Both the position numbers and the translations under genes were made by a program. A stretch of 64,000 bases of DNA from Oligoflexales bacterium. Its GTDB lineage: Bacteria > Bdellovibrionota_B > Oligoflexia > Oligoflexales > JALZUQ01. Every line of letters begins with the position of its first letter. Within the stretch, counting starts at the first letter, position 1. Under the pieces are notes generated by a model. It saw nothing but the letters and a program-made list of their open reading frames with translations. It had not been told where the DNA came from and ran no database searches. The stretch lies in NCBI GenBank assembly GCA_023301565.1, contig JALZUO010000016.1:6967-70966 (forward strand), written 5' to 3'. Below, piece after piece: positions 31,323 to 38,854 of this stretch.

Positions 31323-32471
31323 TTAATTTGCGGAGCTGCCCGGTTGCGTATCTCTGATAGGGACAAGCACATGCAAGGACTTACATCGGTCGGGCTCTTC
31401 TACAGGAACAAGAACGATAGGGTCAGAGCTTTTCTCTTGAAAACACATCTCAATTTGCTGAGACTGAGTAGCTTGAAACACGTCGGTTAAAAAACGGCCG
31501 TTTATCGTCACAGATCGAGGGTCACCAATAGATGCGCCTTCTAAGTTTAGAATCTCTTTGCCTTCCGATGATCCGCTTGTTCGCGCGCTTAGCTCAAGCT
31601 GGTTATCTTCTATCTTTAGGCGTACTGCACGGCTTTTATCGGCAGCCAACATAACCCGTTTTGCTACGTGCTGAACTTTCTGACGTTCAAGCGATAACGA
31701 GTTTTTAACAGACTTAGGTAATACAGCTTGATAGTTTGGAAACTTAACTGCAGATAGGCGAACAAAAAGCTTATAGCCCGGAAGCTGGGCCAACATACTT
31801 CCTGACTCTAAATCAAGAGCTAGCTCTAATTTGTCGAAACCTTCTTGGCTCATGCGTATAAGTTCTTGTAGTGCACGTTTTGACAAGCAAATCCCATCTT
31901 CCACAGCACTTCCGATAGAATCCATCTGTACATCACAGTGAGAGAGTCTATACCCGTCGGTTCCTACAAGGCGCAGCGTACCTGGAGTAGGCGTGTGTAA
32001 GTATCCAACCGTACCGTAGTTACGCGGAGAATCCGTTGAAATGGTGAACTGCACCTGGTCTATCATGTAGGCAAGCTGTGTTGCATCCAAAGCCATAAAG
32101 TCTTCGGCACCATACTCGGGCGATTCATGCCAGTGCATTCCTTCGACTAAAGGAATTTTCATTTCAAAGTTGTGGTCTTGAAGGCTTTCTATTTTTAAAA
32201 AAGCACCCTCTTGCTTTGCAAGCGTCTTACCCTGAGGAAGCTCACGGACTATATCTGAAAATAGTTTTGCTGGAACAAACAAAATACCTTCGGAGTGTAT
32301 GGTTGCCTCACAGGTGCAATAAATAGCGATGCTCCTGTCGTTTGCATACAGCTCCAATGAGCCGTTTTTAGTACGCAAACCAATGCTTGCCAGGCTTCTA
32401 TCGGTAGCGGCTCCAGAGACCCTGTTAACGGCTGTCTGAAGGTCTTGCTTTTGCGTTTCAATATGGATCAT
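31323..32471 (-). CDS. dnaN: DNA polymerase III beta sliding clamp
   Basis: Start moved to the ATG at 32471 (GGAG 5 nt upstream). About 382 aa. Lies between dnaA and gyrB. Three-domain clamp-like sequence. Confidence 0.93.
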   Translation of the reverse strand: MIHIETQKQDLQTAVNRVSGAATDRSLASIGLRTKNGSLELYANDRSIAIYCTCEATIHSEGILFVPAKLFSDIVRELPQGKTLAKQEGAFLKIESLQDHNFEMKIPLVEGMHWHESPEYGAEDFMALDATQLAYMIDQVQFTISTDSPRNYGTVGYLHTPTPGTLRLVGTDGYRLSHCDVQMDSIGSAVEDGICLSKRALQELIRMSQEGFDKLELALDLESGSMLAQLPGYKLFVRLSAVKFPNYQAVLPKSVKNSLSLERQKVQHVAKRVMLAADKSRAVRLKIEDNQLELSARTSGSSEGKEILNLEGASIGDPRSVTINGRFLTDVFQATQSQQIEMCFQEKSSDPIVLVPVEEPDRCKSLHVLVPIRDTQPGSSAN

Positions 32472-32538
32472 TTGCACTCCATTGTTTGCGCTGAACGCTT
32501 TGATGCTTGGCTGTACTTTATATAAGTATTTTCTTTTT

Positions 32539-32556
32539 TAATAGTAGTATTAGTAG
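32539..32556. promoter_or_regulatory. DnaA-trio-like repeat TAA TAG TAG TAT TAG TAG abutting a DnaA box
   Basis: Read directly from the sequence. Six consecutive trinucleotides lie 4 nt from the box at 32561-32569, and five of them fit 5'-TA[G/A]-3' (that is, 3'-[G/A]AT-5'). A T-rich tract lies on the other side. Confidence 0.5.
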
Positions 32557-32734
32557 TGTCTGTGGGTAACTCTGGTAACCCCCTAAGGCGCTGATTATAA
32601 ACGCATTTTCGATATTTTAAGCTGTGGATATTACTAGGAGAAATCTGGGGGGGATTTTGGGGAAAAAAACTCAGATTTTTTTTTCCACGTTTGCCCCAAG
32701 GCTATCTACAGCCTATCGAAAGCTCATCAACTGT

Positions 32735-32766
32735 TTATCCACTAGCTGTCCACAGGCTTATCCACA
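32735..32766. promoter_or_regulatory. Cluster of three same-orientation DnaA boxes (TTATCCACT, CTGTCCACA, TTATCCACA)
   Basis: Direct match to the TTATCCACA consensus with 1, 2 and 0 mismatches. Start-to-start spacing is 11-12 bp. Confidence 0.7.
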
Positions 32767-32811
32767 AAAGCCCTGGTCTTATACTTTGGCTGGGCCTCTT
32801 CTAAGGCTCGC

Positions 32812-34257
32812 CTACTGTAGTTGCTCCAGCTTGCGGCGCAGGGTTTCAATCTCTGACTTCATATCGACATCAGCTAGAATAAGCTTTTCAACCTTGTTAC
32901 AGGCGTGCATCACGGTTGAGTGATCTTTTCCCCCAAACTTCTCGCCAATATCTGGAAAGCTTGCTGAGGTTAGCTGCCGTATCAAGTACATGGCGATCTG
33001 CCGCGGCTCAGAAATTGATTTTGTTCGTTTTTTGCTCTTTAGGTCGTGAATTTTAAGCTGAAAGTGCTCTGCAACGGTCTTTTGAATGATTTCTGTACTT
33101 AGCTTTCTTACCGGCTCTGTTAAAAAATCTTGAAAAATGTCTACGGCAAGCTCAAGGGTAATTTGCCTTCCTTGTAGCGTCGCAAATGCGTTGATCCTGT
33201 GCAGGGCCCCTTCGAGCTCGCGCACATTCCGCCTAGCACCGTCTGCAATAAAATCGGCTACCTCTGGTAAAAGCTGCGTTCCTAGAGCTGCGGCTTTTTC
33301 ATAAAGTATTGCGATGCGATGCTCTTTGTCTGGCGCTTGAATGTCGGCTGTCATGCCCCACTGGAAGCGGCTTCGAAGTCGGTCGTCAATGTCACTAATC
33401 TCGTGCGGAAACAGGTCGGACGTCATTACAATCTGTTTTTTATTGTCTCTTAACGCATTAAAAGTATGAAAAAACTCTTGCTGTGTTTGAACCTTTTTAG
33501 AAATGAACTGAATGTCATCTAAAAGCAGAACATCACAGGCCCTGTATTTGCTGCGAAATTCCGGCATTTTTCCATGGCGAATTCCGTATATTAATTCGTT
33601 CATAAAGCTTTCGGCGCTTAGGTAGGTTATCTTTGCCGTAGGGTTTGACAGTAGAATCTGATTGCCTATTGCATGAAGAAGGTGGGTTTTGCCAAGCCCT
33701 GCTCCACCACAAAAAAACAGCGGGTTGTAGGTCATGCCAGGATTTTTTGCAACTGCTTGTGCAGCGGCATAAGCCATCTGGTTGCTGCCACCACCGACAA
33801 AAGACTCAAAGGTATATTTTTCATTCAGAGGTGATCGCGGCATAAGCCTAGAGCTTACAGGGCTTCGATGTGATGGGCTTTTTGCAGCTTTCCAAACAGC
33901 CTCTTCTTCGTGGTTTGGCGATACAGGCGAGTTGGCAAGATCTACACGCACCAACACATCTAGGCTCAACTTTGTTTTTATCGCATCTATCATTGGCCAT
34001 ATTTGGTGCAGAAACTGGTGGTAAAATACTTCGTTTGGCGTGATCAGTTCAAACTCTTTTTCAGAGACTTGAACAACCTCTACCGGGCCAACCCATTTTT
34101 TAAACTCGTCTTCAGACAAAGAGTTTTTAAGGCTTTCGCGAATTTGGACCCAGCTAGAGTTGCCTTCTTTTTGCTCTGCTTTTTGCTCGACCACTTCATC
34201 AAAAATAGGGCGAGAAGAGGTTTGTTTGTTATGATGCGTTTTGGATCCTTGCGGCAA
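32812..34257 (-). CDS. dnaA: Chromosomal replication initiator DnaA
   Basis: AAA+ Walker A GGAGLGKTHLLHAIG, DDIQF, and C-terminal DNA-binding FGGKDHSTVMHACNKV. The TTG start at 34257 has AAGGAG 6 nt upstream. Confidence 0.96.
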   Translation of the reverse strand: MPQGSKTHHNKQTSSRPIFDEVVEQKAEQKEGNSSWVQIRESLKNSLSEDEFKKWVGPVEVVQVSEKEFELITPNEVFYHQFLHQIWPMIDAIKTKLSLDVLVRVDLANSPVSPNHEEEAVWKAAKSPSHRSPVSSRLMPRSPLNEKYTFESFVGGGSNQMAYAAAQAVAKNPGMTYNPLFFCGGAGLGKTHLLHAIGNQILLSNPTAKITYLSAESFMNELIYGIRHGKMPEFRSKYRACDVLLLDDIQFISKKVQTQQEFFHTFNALRDNKKQIVMTSDLFPHEISDIDDRLRSRFQWGMTADIQAPDKEHRIAILYEKAAALGTQLLPEVADFIADGARRNVRELEGALHRINAFATLQGRQITLELAVDIFQDFLTEPVRKLSTEIIQKTVAEHFQLKIHDLKSKKRTKSISEPRQIAMYLIRQLTSASFPDIGEKFGGKDHSTVMHACNKVEKLILADVDMKSEIETLRRKLEQLQ

Positions 34258-34320
34258 AACGAACTCCTTGAGGTCAGGAACCCTGGTTTAGTAGGGAATT
34301 AAAAATTAGAGGTCATTCGT

Positions 34321-34548
34321 ATGAAAAAATCAGTCAACTATAAAATCGCAAGTATCGCAATGGCTTTGCCATTTCAACTGCTTGTTGTTTTGATAGGCTC
34401 AGAGTACCTAGGCCCCTATTTAAACAAACACTACCCGCAATCATTTGACTGGAAACCAACTTTATTGTTAACCGGCTTTCTCATGCTCTTCTACACCGGT
34501 TATAAGATGTTTGAACTTGTAAATAAAGACCTAAAAAGCGATGACTGA
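34321..34548 (+). CDS. Small two-helix membrane protein, AtpZ/AtpR-like ATP synthase accessory protein
   Basis: 75 aa with two hydrophobic helices. First gene of the atp Fo cluster. 8-nt overlap with the next gene. Confidence 0.55.
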   Translation: MKKSVNYKIASIAMALPFQLLVVLIGSEYLGPYLNKHYPQSFDWKPTLLLTGFLMLFYTGYKMFELVNKDLKSDD

Positions 34549-34915
34549 TAGAACAGTAAAAACACATCTTTGGATCATTGGTGCTTTGTTTCTGGCTGTA
34601 GGCAGCCTTTTTTTCGCTCAAAGCGATGCCTCTTTATGGTCTTATGGGGCTCTTGTGTTTACGACCGCCTATTTAAGCTTATTTTCTTTGATGCCCCTTG
34701 TTTTTTTCTTTTCTGAACTCACCTCTAGTCAGAACCGCGCTCTTAGTTTCTTTCTATTCATGTCGTCAGGCTTTTTGAAGGTGCTGTTTTTAGGCGTACT
34801 TTTCTGGCTAGTTCTGGTTCGCTTTGAAGAGTTTGCATTTTCAATGCTGCTTTTTATTATAGCAGCTGCAACTTTGTTCATAAGTGTCTTTGTTTTCGAC
34901 CACGTTTCGACGTAA
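34541..34915 (+). CDS. atpI: ATP synthase protein I-like membrane protein
   Basis: 124 aa with four hydrophobic segments, directly upstream of atpB. The assignment is by context. Confidence 0.55.
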   Translation: MTDRTVKTHLWIIGALFLAVGSLFFAQSDASLWSYGALVFTTAYLSLFSLMPLVFFFSELTSSQNRALSFFLFMSSGFLKVLFLGVLFWLVLVRFEEFAFSMLLFIIAAATLFISVFVFDHVST

Positions 34916-35009
34916 TGACTAGACAAAACCCGTTGAATCACATACTAGTCTTGAGTCTATTTTTTATCTGAAGGCGCGTTTCTTCCGGTGTTTTTTGTTG
35001 GCAGGTTGA

Positions 35010-35825
35010 GTGAAAACTAGCTTTTTAAATTTTTTGTGCATGAAGGCTTTAGCCCTTCTTTTTATGTCTCAAACGGCCCTAGCTGCTGGTGGGTTAAATC
35101 ATTACCAGTCTTTTTTTGAGCTTTCTGGGATTAAAAGTGCTTTTAATCTAACAGGCGCTGGTGTTGCTGAGTGGCAGGTTGTCCCAGGTGCTTTGTTTGT
35201 TACTGCAATTATTTTAGTTGTGGGCATTTTCTATCGCAAGCGTACAGAAGCACTAACTTCTTCTAACACCGTTGTGCCGCAAGGGTTTGCTAGTCTTTTG
35301 GGTTTTGTGGATCTGCTAGTTGAGTTTGTAAGAGAAACCGCAGAAAACGTAATCGGCAAGAACCATAAAAACTACCTTTTCATACTGGTCCCTTTGTTTT
35401 TGTTCATTTTTATAAGCAACCTTACTGGCTTGATCCCAGGCTTTCCTCCGCCAACAGAATCGATCAGCACTAACATCGCACTGGGACTTTTAGTATTTTT
35501 TCTTTATAATTTCGCGGGTTTTCGTGAGCATGGGTTTTCCTATGCCAATCAATTTATTGGTCCTTTTCTGCTTTTGGCGCCACTGATTTTAGTGATCGAG
35601 TTGGTTAGCCACTGCATTCGGCCTATATCTTTAGCCCTTCGGCTTTATGCCAATATTTTTGGCGACCATCTTTTGGTTGGGATTTTTTCCCAGCTATCTA
35701 TAACAAGTTTGGGTTTCCCGGCCTTGCTTTTAGTTTTTGGTTTGCTTGTTTCATTCATTCAGAGTCTAGTTTTTACGTTATTAACATCAATTTACATTTC
35801 AATGGCTGAATCTCACGATCATTGA
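35010..35825 (+). CDS. atpB: F-type ATP synthase Fo subunit a; start uncertain
   Basis: Conserved LSLALRLYANIFGDHL segment with the essential Arg. Polytopic. Followed by the c subunit gene. GTG start at 35010, or ATG at 35040. Confidence 0.9.
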   Translation: MKTSFLNFLCMKALALLFMSQTALAAGGLNHYQSFFELSGIKSAFNLTGAGVAEWQVVPGALFVTAIILVVGIFYRKRTEALTSSNTVVPQGFASLLGFVDLLVEFVRETAENVIGKNHKNYLFILVPLFLFIFISNLTGLIPGFPPPTESISTNIALGLLVFFLYNFAGFREHGFSYANQFIGPFLLLAPLILVIELVSHCIRPISLALRLYANIFGDHLLVGIFSQLSITSLGFPALLLVFGLLVSFIQSLVFTLLTSIYISMAESHDH

Positions 35826-35852
35826 TTGGATAACACTGAGGGAGAAAAAAAA

Positions 35853-36185
35853 ATGGTTCAACAATTAGGTAAGTTAAAAGCTTGGCAAGTATGTGGTGCA
35901 AGTATTGCAGCGGTTGCAGCAAGTTCAGCATTTGCAGATGGTGCAGCGGTTGCAAGCGGCCATATCGGCATATCTGCTATTGGTGTTGCTCTTGCAGTTG
36001 GCTTGGCTGCAATCGGGGTAGCATTGGGTATGGGCTTAGCAGCTGGAAAAGCGTTAGAGGGGATTGCAAGAAATCCAACTTCTAGTAAAGAGGTTTTTAC
36101 GCCTTTCGTTTTGGCTCTAGCTTTTATGGAAGTTCCTGCTCTTTTAGGTTTCGCGGTTGCGTACTTATTGATGGGTAAACTCTAG
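35853..36185 (+). CDS. atpE: F-type ATP synthase Fo subunit c with an N-terminal extension
   Basis: Start moved to the ATG at 35853, preceded by GAGGGAG. Hairpin protein with the loop GIARNP and the carboxylate in AFMEVPALLGF. About 33 extra N-terminal residues resemble a signal peptide ending AFA. Confidence 0.9.
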   Translation: MVQQLGKLKAWQVCGASIAAVAASSAFADGAAVASGHIGISAIGVALAVGLAAIGVALGMGLAAGKALEGIARNPTSSKEVFTPFVLALAFMEVPALLGFAVAYLLMGKL

Positions 36186-36230
36186 GCTAAACATTTTTTG
36201 ATTAGTCATTTTGACGAGTCGGTTTGATTA

Positions 36231-36256
36231 GGCGTCCTTTTATGGACGCCTTTTTG
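36231..36256 (+). terminator. Rho-independent terminator after atpE
   Basis: Stem GGCGTCC / GGACGCC, loop TTTTAT, followed by TTTTTG. Confidence 0.7.
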
Positions 36257-36320
36257 TTTAAACATTAAGCAATGCCTAGTCTGTGCATTGATTATACAGC
36301 TATATACACTGGTATGCAGA

Positions 36321-36336
36321 TGTTCCACGTGGAACA
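36321..36336. promoter_or_regulatory. parS site TGTTCCACGTGGAACA (perfect palindrome)
   Basis: 16/16 palindrome that fits the TGTTNCACGTGNAACA parS consensus. Lies 68 nt upstream of the parA ATG. Confidence 0.85.
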
Positions 36337-36345
36337 TTTGCTTGC

Positions 36346-36375
36346 TTGTTTCTGCTAGGAGCTCGTTGGTATATT
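36346..36375 (+). promoter_or_regulatory. Candidate sigma-70-type promoter of parA (TTGTTT-18 nt-TATATT with upstream TG)
   Basis: Hexamers read by eye. It begins 10 nt downstream of parS. There is no experimental support. Confidence 0.3.
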
Positions 36376-36403
36376 CCTCAGCGAAACAAAGGTGAGGTGC
36401 TTA

Positions 36404-37234
36404 ATGAGCAGAGTAATTGCGGTGTCTAATCAAAAGGGCGGCGTTGGTAAAACGACGACGGCCGTAAACCTTGCTAGTAGCTTGGCAATCAACGAGCAAA
36501 GGGTGCTTTTGGTGGACTTAGATCCCCAGGGCAATGCAAGTAGCGGCGTTGGTATCTACGCACATGAATTTGAAAAGCATCTTTACCATGTCATGGTTTC
36601 AGATGCCTCTTTGAGAAGCGTCATTCTACATACGGAACTAAGGTTTTTAGACATAGCGCCTACAAACCAAGACCTTATTGGTGCTGAAATTGAGCTGGTG
36701 TCTGTGATTGGAAGAGAAACTAGGCTTAAAGAGGCCCTTGAGTCGGTTCGTGACTTTTATGACTATATAATAATAGATTGCCCGCCTGCTTTGGGTATTT
36801 TGACGGTAAATGCGCTGACAGCTGCTGACTCTGTAGTCGTTCCTTTACAAACAGAGTACTTTGCTATGGAGGGACTCTCCCAGCTTTTAAAGACCATTAG
36901 TTTGATTCAAAACAGGCTAAATACCAGCTTAGAAATTGAAGGGATCCTTTTGACTATGTACGCTAAGAACAATCTGGCAACGCAGGTCGAAGCGGAGGTT
37001 AGGGAACACCTTGATGGTAAGGTGTTTCAAACCATTATCCCTAGGAATGTAAAGCTCTCTGAGGCCCCATCTCACGGTAAGCCGGTTGCTCTTTATGACA
37101 TACAGTGCAAAGGAGCGCAGGCGTACCTTAGCCTTGCTAAAGAGGTCTTATCTAGGAAGGTTGAGAAAACCAGCTTTACTGACCGGATAGACCCTTCTTT
37201 GGGGCAGCCTTCAGCTGAACACCTTCATTCTTAA
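36404..37234 (+). CDS. parA: Chromosome partitioning ATPase ParA (Soj)
   Basis: Start moved to the ATG at 36404. Deviant Walker A SNQKGGVGKTTTAVNLA. DLDPQGN. Followed by parB. Confidence 0.93.
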   Translation: MSRVIAVSNQKGGVGKTTTAVNLASSLAINEQRVLLVDLDPQGNASSGVGIYAHEFEKHLYHVMVSDASLRSVILHTELRFLDIAPTNQDLIGAEIELVSVIGRETRLKEALESVRDFYDYIIIDCPPALGILTVNALTAADSVVVPLQTEYFAMEGLSQLLKTISLIQNRLNTSLEIEGILLTMYAKNNLATQVEAEVREHLDGKVFQTIIPRNVKLSEAPSHGKPVALYDIQCKGAQAYLSLAKEVLSRKVEKTSFTDRIDPSLGQPSAEHLHS

Positions 37235-37254
37235 TAGGATTTCTTAATGAACAA

Positions 37255-37270
37255 TGTTCCACGTGGAACA
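37255..37270. promoter_or_regulatory. parS site TGTTCCACGTGGAACA
   Basis: Perfect copy in the parA-parB spacer. Confidence 0.85.
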
Positions 37271-37285
37271 TTACACCAACCCAAT

Positions 37286-37301
37286 TGTTCCACGTGGAAC
37301 A
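37286..37301. promoter_or_regulatory. parS site TGTTCCACGTGGAACA
   Basis: Perfect copy 31 bp (start to start) after the previous one and 17 nt before the parB ATG. Confidence 0.85.
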
Positions 37302-37317
37302 TTGTAGGAGGAATAAA

Positions 37318-38247
37318 ATGTCAGATCATAAACAACCAGGAAAACGAATTGCTTTGGGTAAAGGTCTTAGCTCCCTTCTTGGAGGGGACCCGTCTTCAGC
37401 AAACCCTATGCTGCGTAAAGCATCCGAGGTAAGTACTGCTGTTTCCTTTATAAGTTGCGATGATATTTGTGCTAACCCTAACCAACCTAGAAAGCTTTTT
37501 GATGAAGCAGAACTAAGAGATTTAGCTGCTAGCATCGAGCAAGACGGTGTTTTGCAGCCAATTATTGTCCGTAAACACACTGGGCCAGCACCTTACATTA
37601 TTGTTGCGGGAGAGCGTCGGTGGAGAGCCTCTAAATTAGCAGGTAAAGAGAAAATTCCTGCAATTCTAAAAGACGGTACAGAAGAAGAGTTGATGCGCCT
37701 TGCGCTTATTGAAAACATTCAAAGAGCAGACCTAAACTCAATAGAAGAGGCCCAAGCATTTCAGAGCTTGATTGACGACTTTGGTTTAACCCAAGAGCAG
37801 TGCAGTAAAAAGGTGGGCAAAAGCCGCTCTAGTATTACCAACTCTTTGCGGCTCTTAAGCTTGCCTTTAAACTTGCAAGATGACCTAATGGAAGGCCTTA
37901 TATCAACCGGCCACGCAAAGGCCCTTTTAGGGGTTTCCGATAAAGCTAGGCAAAAGGAAATCAGAGATTGGGTGGTACAAAACTCTCTATCTGTCCGCGA
38001 AACAGAGCAGCTGATTTCAGGAGATAAAGCCCCAGGAGCAGAAGATAAGACGAAGGTCTCTGGTACAAAGCAAGCTAGTAACAAGCAGGTAACTGATCCA
38101 AACCTTCTGCGGGTTATAGATAACATGAGGACGAAGCTTCAAACTAAAGTAAAAATTGTAGGTTCCCCTACTCGTGGCAAAATTGAAATTGCATACTTTA
38201 GCTTGGCAGATCTCGAGCGGGTCACGGAGCTTATACAAAAGGCCTAA
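37318..38247 (+). CDS. parB: Chromosome partitioning protein ParB (Spo0J)
   Basis: Start moved to the ATG at 37318, preceded by AGGAGG. Arginine patch IVAGERRWRA. LIENIQRADLN. HTH region. The 11 codons upstream in the ORF track are the parS site itself. Confidence 0.93.
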   Translation: MSDHKQPGKRIALGKGLSSLLGGDPSSANPMLRKASEVSTAVSFISCDDICANPNQPRKLFDEAELRDLAASIEQDGVLQPIIVRKHTGPAPYIIVAGERRWRASKLAGKEKIPAILKDGTEEELMRLALIENIQRADLNSIEEAQAFQSLIDDFGLTQEQCSKKVGKSRSSITNSLRLLSLPLNLQDDLMEGLISTGHAKALLGVSDKARQKEIRDWVVQNSLSVRETEQLISGDKAPGAEDKTKVSGTKQASNKQVTDPNLLRVIDNMRTKLQTKVKIVGSPTRGKIEIAYFSLADLERVTELIQKA

Positions 38248-38273
38248 TCACAGCCGATAGACAGCTCAGTTTT

Positions 38274-38300
38274 ATGCCACCCCTTAGGGTGGCATTTTTT
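38274..38300 (+). terminator. Rho-independent terminator after parB
   Basis: Stem ATGCCACCC / GGGTGGCAT, loop CTTA, followed by TTTTT. Confidence 0.75.
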
Positions 38301-38360
38301 ATTTAAGGCCTCAGTTTGGGGCTTTTTTTGTTTTCATGCCTAGTCATCCGGAGCCCCTAC

Positions 38361-38570
38361 TAAAAAGCAGGTTTAAATTTTCTAAAAAAATTAAAAAAAA
38401 GAAAAAAAATGCGAATTTTTATTTTTTTCCCGAAATTTTTAAAAAAAAAGGAAAATTTGCGTTTTTTCGAAAAAAACAGCTTTTTTACAAAAAAATGGGT
38501 TTTTTTAGAAAATTCTCTTTTTTTCGAAAATTTTGCGAAATAATTGGATATTTTGCGAAAAAACTAAACG
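38361..38570. repeat. A/T homopolymer-tract array with reiterated TTTTGCGAAA / TTTTCGAAAA-type motifs
   Basis: By hand count, 40 G/C in the 200 nt from 38361 to 38560. A7-A9 and T5-T7 runs alternate roughly every 9-11 bp. CG-centred motifs occur at about 38413, 38432, 38460, 38469, 38525, 38536 and 38556, with exact TTTTGCGAAA at 38531 and 38551. Confidence 0.6.
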
Positions 38571-38623
38571 AAGGGTGTTTTTTGGCGCGGCCTGAGTGTT
38601 TTTTGCCATAACTCGCCTTTGAA

Positions 38624-38639
38624 TGTTCCACGTAGAACA
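38624..38639. promoter_or_regulatory. parS-like site TGTTCCACGTAGAACA (one mismatch)
   Basis: 15/16 identity to the three perfect copies. It lies between the A/T array and the atp b'/b genes. Confidence 0.6.
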
Positions 38640-38854
38640 TTCTTTAAAATATATAAAATCTTATAAAATGATTATAAAAAAACTGATCAGTAAGCTTAGA
38701 TCGCTTTTATGCCGGACTTTCGTGCATGCGAACAGGTGATTCAAATGGAGCAGCGAAAAAGCTGTAGGTGAAACCTCTTCTTGTTTTAGCTACCTACCAG
38801 CGATATAACTCGGGGTCGGACCTATATATGTAAGGGTCTATAGCAAACACTAGA

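Larger units (their letters stand above)
32478..32811. other. Candidate chromosomal replication origin (oriC) in the dnaA-dnaN spacer
   Basis: The non-coding spacer contains one perfect DnaA box, TTATCCACA (32758-32766). One-mismatch boxes: 32561-32569 (TGTGGGTAA), 32623-32631 (TGTGGATAT) and 32735-32743 (TTATCCACT). Two-mismatch boxes: 32746-32754, 32681-32689 and 32702-32710. There is an AT-rich stretch at about 32516-32557. Confidence 0.7.

Noticed and set aside
32624-32923. 99-codon + strand ORF spanning the dnaA-dnaN spacer and the dnaA 3' end
   Set aside because: It lies across the DnaA-box cluster and antisense to dnaA. It has no Shine-Dalgarno sequence and a low-complexity translation, so it is a shadow ORF.
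35882-36085. Alternative-frame ORF inside atpE (Cys/Trp-rich translation)
   Set aside because: It overlaps the well-supported c-subunit frame, and its composition is an out-of-frame reading of Gly/Ala codons.
38336-38611. 91-codon ORF translating to a Lys/Phe-rich peptide (…KKIKKKKKNANFYFFPEIFKKKGKF…)
   Set aside because: It is an artefact of reading through A/T homopolymer runs. It has no Shine-Dalgarno sequence, extreme low complexity and no coding-like periodicity. I treat the region as non-coding DNA structure instead.
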